Shown: positions 1 to 9,387, counted from the stretch's first letter. The stretch: 62,268 nt of DNA from a virus (IMGVR_UViG_3300012927_000093:1-62268), one strand, 5' to 3'. Notes: generated by a model from the letters alone, not told the origin. Numbers and translations are program-made.

Positions 1-124
1 GACCGCGCGCGGAACTCGCCACCAGGCAGCCAGCGCCAAACCCGGGTGCAGCCGTAGCGCATGAACTGGCAGATCAGGTAGCTACCGGTCTGCTCCGGGT
101 CGTTGCTGGTCATGGGGCCTCCCC

Positions 125-895
125 TCACATGAAGAACGGCATGAACTGCGCCGTCGGGTTGGTCGCGGTGATCAGGGCGCCGATCACCGCCGACGTCGCC
201 GAGCCGGACTGCTGACTGGTCGGCGTCTGGGCGCTGTTGGCCACGCTCGGGTTGTACAGATACGGGTTCGTACCCGGGTCGAGCTCGACCGTGGTGCCCG
301 TCGGAGTGGAACCCGTAGTCAGCCCGGTGCCGTTGAAGCCGAACCCCACGTACAAGCGGTTGATGCCGGTCGGCGTCAGGGTCGGGAACGTGACGGTCGT
401 GGACGCGGTGTTGGTGATGGAGCCCCCGGCTCCGTCCTGGGCCCACACCGTGCCGATGCCGCCCCCGGAGTCAAACTCTTTGCAGTTGAGCCGGATGGTG
501 TTCGTCGTGTCCGTGTTCGTGATGGTGATCGTGCTGGACCCGGCAGTGATCACCTTGCCCATCCACATTTCAGTCTTTGCGGGCGATGCACTGCTGAACG
601 GCCCGGCGATGCGCTGCCAGGCGCCGTCTAGCCCTGACCCGCTGGCGTTGCACCCACCGCCGGACACAGCCGTAGTGGTGATGTCGTTCGCGTCGGTCGT
701 GGTCAGGACGAGCAGCGCCCCGACAACGCTAGGCACTACCGACAGCGTCTTGAGACCAGTCCCGGTGGCCTTCCAAAGCGCGGTGGCGTTCGCCGTGATC
801 GGATTGGTAGTCCGAGCGGCCGCAACGAACGCGGGCGCCCTGGTAGGCCGCAGCCACAGGGCATGCGCTGGGAACGCCCTGCCAGTACGGGCCAC
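125..895 (-). CDS. Putative virion accessory/decoration protein (Thr/Gly/Ser-rich beta protein)
   Basis: 256 aa, beta-rich composition, translationally coupled to upstream structural-like genes. Confidence 0.55.
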   Translation of the reverse strand: MARTGRAFPAHALWLRPTRAPAFVAAARTTNPITANATALWKATGTGLKTLSVVPSVVGALLVLTTTDANDITTTAVSGGGCNASGSGLDGAWQRIAGPFSSASPAKTEMWMGKVITAGSSTITITNTDTTNTIRLNCKEFDSGGGIGTVWAQDGAGGSITNTASTTVTFPTLTPTGINRLYVGFGFNGTGLTTGSTPTGTTVELDPGTNPYLYNPSVANSAQTPTSQQSGSATSAVIGALITATNPTAQFMPFFM

Positions 896-1384
896 CTACT
901 CCGACCAGACCAGGTAGCTCGAGACAGCAACCACGGCCGGCGCCACGCACTGAATGGCCAGCCCGGACGCCGCCGGAGTCGAAGGACTATCCGGCTCCTG
1001 ACCCAACGGGAACTGCACGACAAGCCCAGACGTAGGCGACACGTACCAGGTGCGCAGCGTGACCCCGACCGTCGGCGCCGTGGTCGCGTACACCCCCGGT
1101 GAGGCGGTGGTGGGCATGTACGCGGTGCACAACGACGCTGGGGACGCCGAGTCCATGGGCGTTGCCGCCTGGGTGATGGTGCCACCGCCGACCGGCGCGA
1201 CGGTAGTGCGCACCAGGCGCACGATCACCGGTACGGCCGCTGCGGTGGTGCCGTTGAACGACACTCCGATCTCGTTGACCGCGATTCGGCGGGTGGTGCC
1301 GGTGATGGCCACATCGAGGGTGACCAGCGCGGTTGCCGCACCAAGGTTGATCGCTTCGGACGCGGCAAAATACTGGTCAGCCAC
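896..1384 (-). CDS. Putative virion accessory protein
   Basis: 162 aa, Ala/Thr/Val-rich, in a tightly packed minus-strand run. Confidence 0.55.
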   Translation of the reverse strand: MADQYFAASEAINLGAATALVTLDVAITGTTRRIAVNEIGVSFNGTTAAAVPVIVRLVRTTVAPVGGGTITQAATPMDSASPASLCTAYMPTTASPGVYATTAPTVGVTLRTWYVSPTSGLVVQFPLGQEPDSPSTPAASGLAIQCVAPAVVAVSSYLVWSE

Positions 1385-1396
1385 AGGAGGTGCCTT

Positions 1397-2062
1397 TCAT
1401 CGGAGAGAGGCGCGCATAACGGCCTGCGAGCGGATGGCGATGGGACGCGGGGGCATGCCCAAGATTTCGACCGCGACCATTCCCCACCAGTCGGAGGTGA
1501 CGGTGTAGCCCATGGTCACGGTGCCGCCAGCGGCTACGGCTGAACCCGCGCCGTTACCAGCAGCGGTGTCCACGTTGTTGTTCAGCAACCACTTCTGCGT
1601 ACCCGACGTGATCGCCGATCCGTTGCAAACCACGTCCGCGACCATGTTTCCGGCATGAGTTCCGGTCACCGCGCAGCTAGGCGCCGCGCTGTTGCCGAAC
1701 GATGTGACCGCGGTGCCGAACCCGATGGCGTTGGTGAACGACATCGAGCCGCCGGTGATGGACGCGAGCGTTGTCGAGATGGCTACGGTGTTCGCGCCGG
1801 TTGCGGGATTCACCAGGCCGAATAGCTGCGCGTATCCCGCCGTTTGGTTATCTGAGTTGATCACGCCGAGCGACTGCATCGCCACGCCGTTGTACGTCGC
1901 GGTGGTTGTGCCCGCGCCGGTTAGACCGATCGCCACCCCAACGATCAAGGCAAGGTTCGACCCCGTGCAGGTGTGCGACCAAGAGCCGGAGGTTGCCGTA
2001 GCCGAACCAGCGGTGCCGCCGCCACTGGAGGAAGGACCGACCGCGTCGAAAGTGACGGCCAC
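1397..2062 (-). CDS. Putative virion accessory protein (beta-sandwich repeats)
   Basis: 221 aa; MAVTFDAVG...SWSHTCTGSNLALIVGV pattern typical of phage minor structural/adhesin proteins. Confidence 0.6.
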   Translation of the reverse strand: MAVTFDAVGPSSSGGGTAGSATATSGSWSHTCTGSNLALIVGVAIGLTGAGTTTATYNGVAMQSLGVINSDNQTAGYAQLFGLVNPATGANTVAISTTLASITGGSMSFTNAIGFGTAVTSFGNSAAPSCAVTGTHAGNMVADVVCNGSAITSGTQKWLLNNNVDTAAGNGAGSAVAAGGTVTMGYTVTSDWWGMVAVEILGMPPRPIAIRSQAVMRASLR

Positions 2063-2063
2063 T

Positions 2064-2543
2064 CTAGTAACCCGGGGCGAATGCTAGAAGTCTCCACTTA
2101 CCCGCGGTCGAGTTGTACATGAACCCCAAGAAATCGGTCTTGCTCGCGGTCGTGGTCAACACCGGCGACGTCACCAAGGATCCGAACGCGTAGTTCGTGC
2201 CGTAGGTCAGCAACCGCGACCCGGTCACGTCCTGAATCACCTCGATGAGGATCATCTGACCGTCGGTCGCGTTGGTCGGGTTACCCAGCGCCCGGGTGCT
2301 GCCGACGCCGGAGGTCATCGTCAGCCGGAACGTGTTACCCAGGTTGGCGTCGATGGCGACCGTGGCTGCGTCGGTCAGCGTGACCGGGGTGTTCACCTGC
2401 TTGACGAACGTTGCGGTCCCGGTGAACGTGGGACTCGCCAGGGGTGCCTTCAGGTCGCAATACTGCTTTGTCGTGCTCTGGAGCGCCAGAGTCGGATCAG
2501 CTGGCAGCAGAATGGGTGCGGTGAATACCCGCTGAACTGTCAT
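2064..2543 (-). CDS. Putative tail/head fibre-associated protein
   Basis: KAPLASPTFTGT fibre motif and TLTDAATVAIDA...QDVTGSRLLTYG domain common in phage fibre tips. Confidence 0.65.
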   Translation of the reverse strand: MTVQRVFTAPILLPADPTLALQSTTKQYCDLKAPLASPTFTGTATFVKQVNTPVTLTDAATVAIDANLGNTFRLTMTSGVGSTRALGNPTNATDGQMILIEVIQDVTGSRLLTYGTNYAFGSLVTSPVLTTTASKTDFLGFMYNSTAGKWRLLAFAPGY

Positions 2544-2572
2544 TCAGGCCACCACCCACGTAGTATGTAGAT

Positions 2573-3250
2573 ATGCATCCACCAGCTACTCCAACCAACT
2601 GTCTCGGCTGCGGCGTTGACTCACGCGAACTGTCGCGCTGGTACGGCCGTGGTTACTGTCCGCGATGTGGAGTGAGACGCAATCGGCTTGGACTCCCGAT
2701 GAGCCCTTCGTTAAAAATCCCGTTATCCGAAAGGGTGCGGATTTCGACTGAAGGAAAGCACCCGGCCGCGTGCTGGCCTTGGTTCGGGTACGTAGATGCT
2801 AAGGGGTACGCCAACACGGGGAAGGGCCCCGCTCCGCGTTTCGTGTGGCTTCGGCTGGTTGGGCCGATCCCTCCGGGATTGGAGATCGATCATCTGTGCC
2901 ATACGGAAGATCTAGACTGCGAGGGTGGAGTGACGTGCCAGCACAGGCAATGCGTGAACCCGGCTCACCTGCGTCTAGTTACCAAGCCAGTGAACCTTGC
3001 TCGCCGGAAGCGCGTCACGCGCCCCACCTGCAGCACCGGAAAGCACCCCAAAACCGACCAGTTCGGGTATCGAAACAGCCGCAACGTTTGGCATTGCAGC
3101 CCCTGTAAGAACCGTCAGTCCCGGGATTCAAAGCGTCGCAAGGCAGCCGAGCGCAGGAGCAGCGCAGGTCAGGCCCAGCTACCCAGCGACACCACCTGTG
3201 CGTACCGAGTCCCGATAGCCCAGTCCTCTTCGACGATGTTGCATGAGTAG
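2573..3250 (+). CDS. HNH homing endonuclease (antisense insertion)
   Basis: CWPW...EIDHLC...CVNPAHL...N motif; N- and C-terminal CxxC; own TAGTAT -10 box 6 nt before the ATG. Confidence 0.88.
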   Translation: MHPPATPTNCLGCGVDSRELSRWYGRGYCPRCGVRRNRLGLPMSPSLKIPLSERVRISTEGKHPAACWPWFGYVDAKGYANTGKGPAPRFVWLRLVGPIPPGLEIDHLCHTEDLDCEGGVTCQHRQCVNPAHLRLVTKPVNLARRKRVTRPTCSTGKHPKTDQFGYRNSRNVWHCSPCKNRQSRDSKRRKAAERRSSAGQAQLPSDTTCAYRVPIAQSSSTMLHE

Positions 3251-3615
3251 TACATCGCGTACTCAGTCGTTTCCGAGACGGTGATCACGCCTGCCATGTT
3301 GACGACGTCCAGGCCGCCGGCGACTGGGCGCCCCATGTGCCCCATCACGTCGCTGCCAGCATCAGGGCCTACTGCCGTAGGCGCGAACGCGAATGTCAAC
3401 TCGGTATCCGCTACAGACGAAAACATCCGCATGGACGTGGTGAATAGCCACATTCCGGCAGGGAAAGAGAACAAAGTTCTGTATCCATGCACGTTATTGC
3501 TGATGGACGGAGCGCCAGTTCCGCTGGAGTGCGCAGTGTAGTCATACGGTAGCTGCAGACTTGTGTTCTCTTGCGCTACGCTCGCGCCACCGTAGACTTC
3601 GAGGTTCAGAGTCAT
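3169..3615 (-). CDS. Hypothetical virion-associated protein (C1q/TNF-like beta composition)
   Basis: 148 aa, RBS GAAGGTG, within the accessory structural block. Confidence 0.5.
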   Translation of the reverse strand: MTLNLEVYGGASVAQENTSLQLPYDYTAHSSGTGAPSISNNVHGYRTLFSFPAGMWLFTTSMRMFSSVADTELTFAFAPTAVGPDAGSDVMGHMGRPVAGGLDVVNMAGVITVSETTEYAMYYSCNIVEEDWAIGTRYAQVVSLGSWA

Positions 3616-3630
3616 GTCACCTTCTCGTTT

Positions 3631-4761
3631 CTAGCCGACGACCTGGATGACCCAGTTGTTCGAAGCTGGAGCAGCCGGGAATGTGATCTGCACGTTGTTG
3701 GCGTCGGTGGCCACGTTGTACATCTCGATCTCATCGCCCTGCGTATACCCTGAGGCAGGCGACGTGTAAGCGCGGATAGTGACTGCTACGGCTGAGTTGC
3801 TCAGCCCGTGGTTGTACGTGCCTACGGCCGAGGCGATCGTCCAAAGGCCCGTGGTCGCGGTAGGAACGACCGACACCAGCTTCTTGGGCACAACCGAGAA
3901 GTCAGCGCCAATGCCGGAACCACCGATGGTCACACCGGTGTTGGCGATCGCGGTGATGACGCTGCCCGAGATGGTGATGCCACCGTTACCGGAGGTGTAG
4001 CTCGTAGCCGTGAACGGTTGAATCCACGTCATCGAGTCGGCACCGATGGTGATCGTGCCGTTCGTGCCGGTACCGACGACCGTCTGCATCCACACGGTGT
4101 CAGGCGACGTTGTACCGGCGTTCCCGACGGCCACCATCGTGCCGGAGAAGATAGATCCCGTGGAGTTCGCGTCAGCGGTACGGGTCGCGGTGGAACTCGC
4201 GCCGTTCCAGTTGTACATTCCGTTCTGGCTGGCCGTGGTCTGACCGGTCAGCAGCATCGTGTCACCGGCGGCCATGGTGTGCCCGGAGAGGGTCGCACCC
4301 GGAGCGGTCAGGCTGATGTTGCTAGTCACCACGACAGTCATCTGCGTGGACTTGAAGTCCAGGCCCGACTTGAGGTTCGCCAACGCGGTGTTGAACTGGG
4401 CGTACTCGACGGCTTGACCGGAACTGGATGCAGTGGCCAGGGATGAGAACTGCTGGGAGTTCATGTTGACCGCCGCGTTCGGCGCGGTCATCGTCTCCCA
4501 TTTGATCGCCTGCACGGCCGTGGTGAAGTCGGAAATCTTCGATGCGGTAGTCGTGCCCGTAGCGGTTCCAAGATCCTTGACGTCGATTGCCGTAGTGCCG
4601 TTCCAGAACTTGAGAGTCGGAATGTCCGAGCGGAACCAGGTCCGGCCAGCATCTGAGGAGCCCAGTCCAGTGGGATCGACAGTGATCGGGTCCAGCATGG
4701 CCCGCACCAGGGCGAACCCGAGGATGTCGAGGTTTGAGGCGAACCTGCGTGCGACAGTCAT
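3631..4761 (-). CDS. Putative fibre/head-decoration protein
   Basis: 376 aa; NISLTAPGATLSG...LLTGQTTASQNGMY...TRTADA motif and HGLS C-terminal domain seen in phage fibres. Confidence 0.65.
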   Translation of the reverse strand: MTVARRFASNLDILGFALVRAMLDPITVDPTGLGSSDAGRTWFRSDIPTLKFWNGTTAIDVKDLGTATGTTTASKISDFTTAVQAIKWETMTAPNAAVNMNSQQFSSLATASSSGQAVEYAQFNTALANLKSGLDFKSTQMTVVVTSNISLTAPGATLSGHTMAAGDTMLLTGQTTASQNGMYNWNGASSTATRTADANSTGSIFSGTMVAVGNAGTTSPDTVWMQTVVGTGTNGTITIGADSMTWIQPFTATSYTSGNGGITISGSVITAIANTGVTIGGSGIGADFSVVPKKLVSVVPTATTGLWTIASAVGTYNHGLSNSAVAVTIRAYTSPASGYTQGDEIEMYNVATDANNVQITFPAAPASNNWVIQVVG

Positions 4762-4772
4762 CTGCTAGTCCC

Positions 4773-5129
4773 TCAGCTCAAGAAGATTTGGCCAGTAAAC
4801 GGGAACCCGAAAGTTATCTCGGTGATCCCGGCGGATGGGTGACTCACTGTCGCGTATTCGACCGTCAATGCCGGCGTGTTGGTGTCCAGGCACAAGATTC
4901 CAGCTGGCTTGAATGGAAGGTTGTGGATCATCTGCACCAAGCTTTGATTCGTAACCGAAGTTGCGAACCCCAGCGCTGAGCCGGTGTCGCCCGGTGGCCC
5001 CTGGGGCCCCTGTGGACCTGGAGGCCCCTGCACCGGCACAACCACTACGCCGGAGCTGGGGGGCGCCATGGCGATGCTCGGCGTCACGGGGGGCCCGATG
5101 GTGATAGAGCCGGGCAGGTTAATTGGCAT
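4773..5129 (-). CDS. Short collagen-like virion protein
   Basis: GPPGPQGPQGPPG repeats; IHNLPFKP domain. Confidence 0.65.
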   Translation of the reverse strand: MPINLPGSITIGPPVTPSIAMAPPSSGVVVVPVQGPPGPQGPQGPPGDTGSALGFATSVTNQSLVQMIHNLPFKPAGILCLDTNTPALTVEYATVSHPSAGITEITFGFPFTGQIFLS

Positions 5130-5439
5130 TGACCCTCCCCTTGCCCCAGAGCAGGTCTTCGGCGGCGGCGTCGATGTAGTGCAGCCGCGCGTAGCTCACT
5201 CCGGCCGCCAAGGCGGTAGCGACCGACGACTTGTTGACCTCCCACGAGGCGTTGGCCCCGGTGATGGTCGCCGGCCACACCGTCGGCGTGCTGCCGCTGC
5301 TGGACGCCGACAGCCGTAGCTCGATCACCGTGCCAACCGCCCAATTGCCGACGTTGTTGGTGATGGTCGAGGCGAAGTCGGCATCGGCGGCGAGCTCAAC
5401 GTTCAGGTCGAACGGCACCAGGCCGAGGGTGACCGCCAT
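5119..5439 (-). CDS. Minor tail/baseplate beta-sandwich protein (LtfC-like)
   Basis: 106 aa; WPATITGANASW...LLWGKGRV resembles actinophage minor tail adaptors. Confidence 0.55.
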   Translation of the reverse strand: MAVTLGLVPFDLNVELAADADFASTITNNVGNWAVGTVIELRLSASSSGSTPTVWPATITGANASWEVNKSSVATALAAGVSYARLHYIDAAAEDLLWGKGRVNAN

Positions 5440-5560
5440 CAGCTGCCTTTCTTTGGGAGTCGGGGCACAACACGATGTGACGCTCGCGGGCTATCTCCGC
5501 GGTGCGCTCCGACCAGTTCGAGTACCGCCACCCGCAGCGATACGGGCAGGTCACCACGGG

Positions 5561-6121
5561 CTATAGCCCCAACTTGGCTTGCGCGGTGGTCCGCGCTCGA
5601 CGAGAGCGGTGTGCGTACAACCGAGCGCGTTCACGATCACATGTACGACACTGCCGCGTACCGTTCTTGCGTATCATCGTGTTCTCTGGAGTAAATTCGT
5701 GATTATGGATGCACGCAGTCTGCCGTGATCTACGACCGGTAAAGCCTTCTCCGCGAATCAAGTTCTCTCGCAGGGTTACCGGCTCCAGATGTGCTGGGTT
5801 GCAGCATCGACGCACCCGACATAGGTGATCCAGCTGCAGGTCTAGCGGGATCGGTTCGACGAATAGCGTCCAAGCTAAACGATGTGCCAGATGCTTACCG
5901 CCGAAGGTGCCATACCCATCTTCACGGACCATGCTGATCGGAGTGAGCCAGCACCCATTGTCACCAATGTCAATAAGCGCCATGATGCGACTAGCGGTCC
6001 ACGCGTTACGCTGGCGTATCAGCTCCGATTTGCACGTGATGCTGCAAGTTTTACGTTTGGCGGCGTTATAACCAGCAAACTCGATACCGCACATCTCGCA
6101 GAAGATCGTAGCCAAGGTCAT
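5561..6121 (-). CDS. HNH homing endonuclease
   Basis: GCWL...AHRLAW...LDHLCRVRRCCNPAHLEPVT..EN; C-terminal C..H..CRTC Zn domain. Confidence 0.92.
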   Translation of the reverse strand: MTLATIFCEMCGIEFAGYNAAKRKTCSITCKSELIRQRNAWTASRIMALIDIGDNGCWLTPISMVREDGYGTFGGKHLAHRLAWTLFVEPIPLDLQLDHLCRVRRCCNPAHLEPVTLRENLIRGEGFTGRRSRQTACIHNHEFTPENTMIRKNGTRQCRTCDRERARLYAHRSRRARTTAQAKLGL

Positions 6122-6726
6122 TTAATCCCCAGGACATGCTCCGCTGTCGTCCAATTGGAAGCGATGGCGATCTGCGCCGCCGACAGCGTCACTTTCCCTG
6201 AGCATACCGCTGCGTGTAGGTCATTTTCGACAGTGTCTTTGCTATTCCGGAAGCCCTGACCTGGAAGGTCGGATGGCTGCGCCCAAAGGTTAGAAGTATC
6301 TGATGATCCACTTAATTCCAATGGAACTAGGTGATCATACTCGGTCGTTCCGCTACTCGCCGAGGCTTCGCCATACGCCCGCATCGAAGCTTTCTTCGCG
6401 GGACCAGTCTCGCTCACTGGCGGCCGGATGGTCGTGGCATACCCAGAAACGCAGATAGTGGTCTTAATATTCGCCTGCGTAACCGCGCTCGAGATAGATC
6501 CGGGCGTGCACACCGGGTCAGGCAACGGCTTGCCCGTAGCGCTCTTGCCAACCTTGCACGGCGACGCCCCCGGCAGGCCGGTGACGTGAGGGCTACCCGG
6601 CAGAACCTTCAGCGCGTCCGTCACCGGCGACGGGGCTTCGACGGCCGGAGCCGCGGCTGGTGGCGGCGCCGCGGGGTGGCACGCGGCGAGCAGGGCTACG
6701 CCAGCGAGCGCAACGAGGATCTTCAC
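6118..6726 (-). CDS. Lipoprotein with HNH/His-Me-finger nuclease-like domain
   Basis: Lipobox LLAAC, Pro/Ala linker, EYDHLVPLELSGS...SNLW motif, several Cys. Confidence 0.75.
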   Translation of the reverse strand: MKILVALAGVALLAACHPAAPPPAAAPAVEAPSPVTDALKVLPGSPHVTGLPGASPCKVGKSATGKPLPDPVCTPGSISSAVTQANIKTTICVSGYATTIRPPVSETGPAKKASMRAYGEASASSGTTEYDHLVPLELSGSSDTSNLWAQPSDLPGQGFRNSKDTVENDLHAAVCSGKVTLSAAQIAIASNWTTAEHVLGIK

Positions 6727-7817
6727 GGCTTCTCCCCCACCAGCGACGGACTACCCGGCGTACCGATCTGCGCCGACGCCAGAGACATCAGCACCGACGC
6801 CAGGGCGGCGCCGGCGGACAGACTCAACGTGGTGGTCCACGCGATGTGCAGGACGTCGATGGGACCCGCGCCGAGCAGGGTCAGGGCCGCCCCGACGAAC
6901 GCCTTCACCGCGCGCTCACCGGTCGCCTTCCAGAACGACACGGTGCCCATGTCGTCAGCGGGCGCCAGGGCTTGGATCGCGGGGTGGGCGGCGAGGTTGT
7001 TGGCCAGCTTGTCCACGTCGAGGCGCAGCTGCGGGGCTGGCGGCTTGGGCGCGTTCAGCAGCTGCTCGACCATCAGCGCCGTCTGGTACGTGGTCACGTT
7101 GTTGCGCTTGACGAACTCGAACAGGTCGTACTGCTCACCGTTGACCGGGTCGGGGATGTCGGTAATGCCGCCGCCCCACGGGCCTTCCCTGCGGTCCCAC
7201 ACCGACGCCATGCCATCTCCACTCGGTTCGGGTGTTCCCAGGCGGGTTTTCCACACGAGGTAGCGTGCGACCGCGTCGTCCGCGTACGCCTCGGCCGCCG
7301 GGCCGGAGCCGTTGTAGTCCCGGAACCCGCCGCGCATGCCGCTGTTACGAATGTGCGCGGCCAGGGCGGCGAAGCCGACGGTGACGTTGGCTTCCCACAG
7401 CCAGCACCCACCGGCCGCATCAGCCTGCGATTGATACCCCGACCAGGTAAGTTGGAGCGGCCCGCAGCCCTGGCGACCGGCCCTGCCAGCAAGCACCGCC
7501 TGCTTGTACGCGAGGTACGCAGGCTTGGTCACGATCGCGCCGGGGGCATACGTGTTCGGGGCGATGACCACGTGATCGTGGCCCCACACGTTGTTGCCGC
7601 CGCCGGATTCCTTGAGTAGAACGACAGCGGCGGCGGCCAGGTCCAGCCCAGCCGCCGCCGCGAGCTCGATCACCTCAGGCGCCCGCAGGATCCCGCCGGC
7701 GGTGAGGATGTCCGCTGGCGTAGCGGCGGCCAGCAGCGTCGTCTCCGGCTCCGGTGCGCCGAGCTCGACCCACCGATCACCTTCGGGCCGCTCCGGATGC
7801 CACTCCCAGTCGGACAC
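6723..7817 (-). CDS. Endolysin (lysozyme/SLT-like) fused in frame to an r1t-type holin domain
   Basis: KESGGG, GPLQLT and YNGSG lysozyme-fold motifs; C-terminal FWKATGERAVKAF...W...LS...AALASVLMSLAS...GSPSLV holin signature. Confidence 0.75.
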   Translation of the reverse strand: MSDWEWHPERPEGDRWVELGAPEPETTLLAAATPADILTAGGILRAPEVIELAAAAGLDLAAAAVVLLKESGGGNNVWGHDHVVIAPNTYAPGAIVTKPAYLAYKQAVLAGRAGRQGCGPLQLTWSGYQSQADAAGGCWLWEANVTVGFAALAAHIRNSGMRGGFRDYNGSGPAAEAYADDAVARYLVWKTRLGTPEPSGDGMASVWDRREGPWGGGITDIPDPVNGEQYDLFEFVKRNNVTTYQTALMVEQLLNAPKPPAPQLRLDVDKLANNLAAHPAIQALAPADDMGTVSFWKATGERAVKAFVGAALTLLGAGPIDVLHIAWTTTLSLSAGAALASVLMSLASAQIGTPGSPSLVGEKP

Positions 7818-7819
7818 GG

Positions 7820-8746
7820 TCAGTGCCCGACGTGCGGCGCCTTCGCCGCTTCATACGCCGCGATCTGCGCCTGGATGCTGAGCAGCAGCGCGTCAGCGGT
7901 CGTGGACGGTACCGGGGTAGGAACCGGGACTGGAGTGGGCACTGGAACCGGCACCGGGACAGGCGTGGGGCCAGTGGAGACGAACGGACCTGGCTGCCCG
8001 GTGACCTGCAAGAACGCCGCGTTGGCCGCGTTCACGTCCAGGCCTTCGGGGGTGAGGTTGTTCTTCACCCACTCCTGCGACACCGCGGCATAGGGCTCAT
8101 CCACGTAGGCGGTCCACGCGGCCGGGGTCATCTCGAAGTAGCCGCCCCAGGTGCTGCCCTTGATGTTGCCGCCCTTGGTGATTTTGTGGACGGCCACTGC
8201 GTGCCCGCCGAGGACGCGGTCCCGCTTCACGACGTCGAACACGGTGCCGTTGTTGAACGCGTTCTCGAAGCCCTGGGTGGCGGTGAACCCGATGTAGAGA
8301 TTCCCGAACAGATACAGCGCGGCGCGCATCTCTTCGAAGTCCTTGGGGTCGATAGCGAAGTAGGCGGCGAGCTTGTGCCCGGCAATGCCGGTCTGCTGCC
8401 AGTACTTGAGGACGGTCTGCATGTCGCCGCCCTGGTCGGTACTCGGGTTGCCCGGCACGTAGCCAGTGGACCCTGAGTAGAACTTGATGACGTCGGCGTT
8501 CGAGGGCACGATCGGCGCGCCCTGACCGAACTGGGAGAACGCGGTCTCAACGTGCGCGGCGGCGGCGGCGGTGCAGTCGCCGAGGCTGTCGTTGGAGTCC
8601 ATGGGGAGGTTCGCGGCGGCCGGTACGTAGGCCACCACGTCGGGCACCGTTCCGGCGTAACCGGCCTTCAGAACGCTCTTGAGCGGGATGCTCCGCACCA
8701 GGTCCCGGGGGGCACTGGGGAGCCTGCCCAACTTGTGCTTAGCCAC
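7820..8746 (-). CDS. Papain-like cysteine peptidase with a Pro-Val/Thr linker
   Basis: NDSLGDCTAAA (Cys), GGHAV (His), STWG; C-terminal (PV/PT)n linker. Confidence 0.75.
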   Translation of the reverse strand: MAKHKLGRLPSAPRDLVRSIPLKSVLKAGYAGTVPDVVAYVPAAANLPMDSNDSLGDCTAAAAAHVETAFSQFGQGAPIVPSNADVIKFYSGSTGYVPGNPSTDQGGDMQTVLKYWQQTGIAGHKLAAYFAIDPKDFEEMRAALYLFGNLYIGFTATQGFENAFNNGTVFDVVKRDRVLGGHAVAVHKITKGGNIKGSTWGGYFEMTPAAWTAYVDEPYAAVSQEWVKNNLTPEGLDVNAANAAFLQVTGQPGPFVSTGPTPVPVPVPVPTPVPVPTPVPSTTADALLLSIQAQIAAYEAAKAPHVGH

Positions 8747-8767
8747 GTGAGTCTCCTGTAAATAGGG

Positions 8768-8814
8768 CCAGCCACAACCCGCGCCCAGGAGACGGAAACG
8801 CGGGTTGTGGCTGG
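8768..8814 (-). terminator. Stem-loop, probable terminator
   Basis: Perfect 16-bp inverted repeat CCAGCCACAACCCGCG/CGCGGGTTGTGGCTGG, intergenic. Confidence 0.6.
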
Positions 8815-8836
8815 GGTAACGGGGTGAAGAGGCAGA

Positions 8837-9166
8837 TCAGCCGGCGGGCGGCGGGGTGGCGGTCACGTCGAGGGACGCAACAGCCGCCTGCAGACCACTG
8901 AGGTCGAGGGCGGGGTTAGCCTGCTGAAGGGCCGCGATTTCAGCGTTGATCGCGGCAACGTCGCTGGACACAGACGCGGCGAGGGCGTCCAGGTCGGCCT
9001 GAGTGACAGCCATTTTCTCTCCTAATTGAGTGATGATTCCCGTCTGGCCAAGGACGTAAGACCAGAGGTCATTGAGACGTCGATCGAATTCGACGTGGGT
9101 GACGTAACGACTGGACGGCGGCGGTCCGGGTTGGGGTCCGGGCGGCGGCCCTGGATGTGGGCTCAT
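8837..9166 (-). CDS. Small coiled-coil protein; strong internal in-frame start at 9013
   Basis: ATGA overlap with upstream gene; AGGAG RBS precedes the internal ATG (MAVTQADLDAL...). Confidence 0.6.
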   Translation of the reverse strand: MSPHPGPPPGPQPGPPPSSRYVTHVEFDRRLNDLWSYVLGQTGIITQLGEKMAVTQADLDALAASVSSDVAAINAEIAALQQANPALDLSGLQAAVASLDVTATPPPAG

Positions 9167-9384
9167 GGCGATGCCCTTCGTTGAAGCGGTATCTGGCGCG
9201 CTACGCACTCGTCCGCCAACCGGCGCACGATGCAGGGAAATTCGGTGGCCGCCATCTGGGTGCAGCAGCCGTTGCAGCTGCCGTCGGCGGCCTGGATGTG
9301 CTTCTGCTGCAGGTAGATGGCCCTGCCGAGGTCACGACTCAGGAAGTTCAAGACAGCCGACTGTGCCCGTTCCCCCGGCGTCAC
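9163..9384 (-). CDS. Small Zn-binding hypothetical protein
   Basis: H...CxxC...PC pattern; coupled to neighbours. Confidence 0.55.
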   Translation of the reverse strand: MTPGERAQSAVLNFLSRDLGRAIYLQQKHIQAADGSCNGCCTQMAATEFPCIVRRLADECVARQIPLQRRASP

Positions 9385-9387
9385 GGT

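Noticed and set aside
1-113. Minus-strand partial ORF (MTSNDPEQTGSYLIC...) with a GGAGG RBS
   Set aside because: Truncated by the window edge and overlaps the alternative plus-strand junction ORF; cannot decide which is real
125-5439. Diversity-generating retroelement or invertible tail-fibre cassette
   Set aside because: No reverse transcriptase, serine invertase, TR/VR pair or flanking inverted repeats were seen
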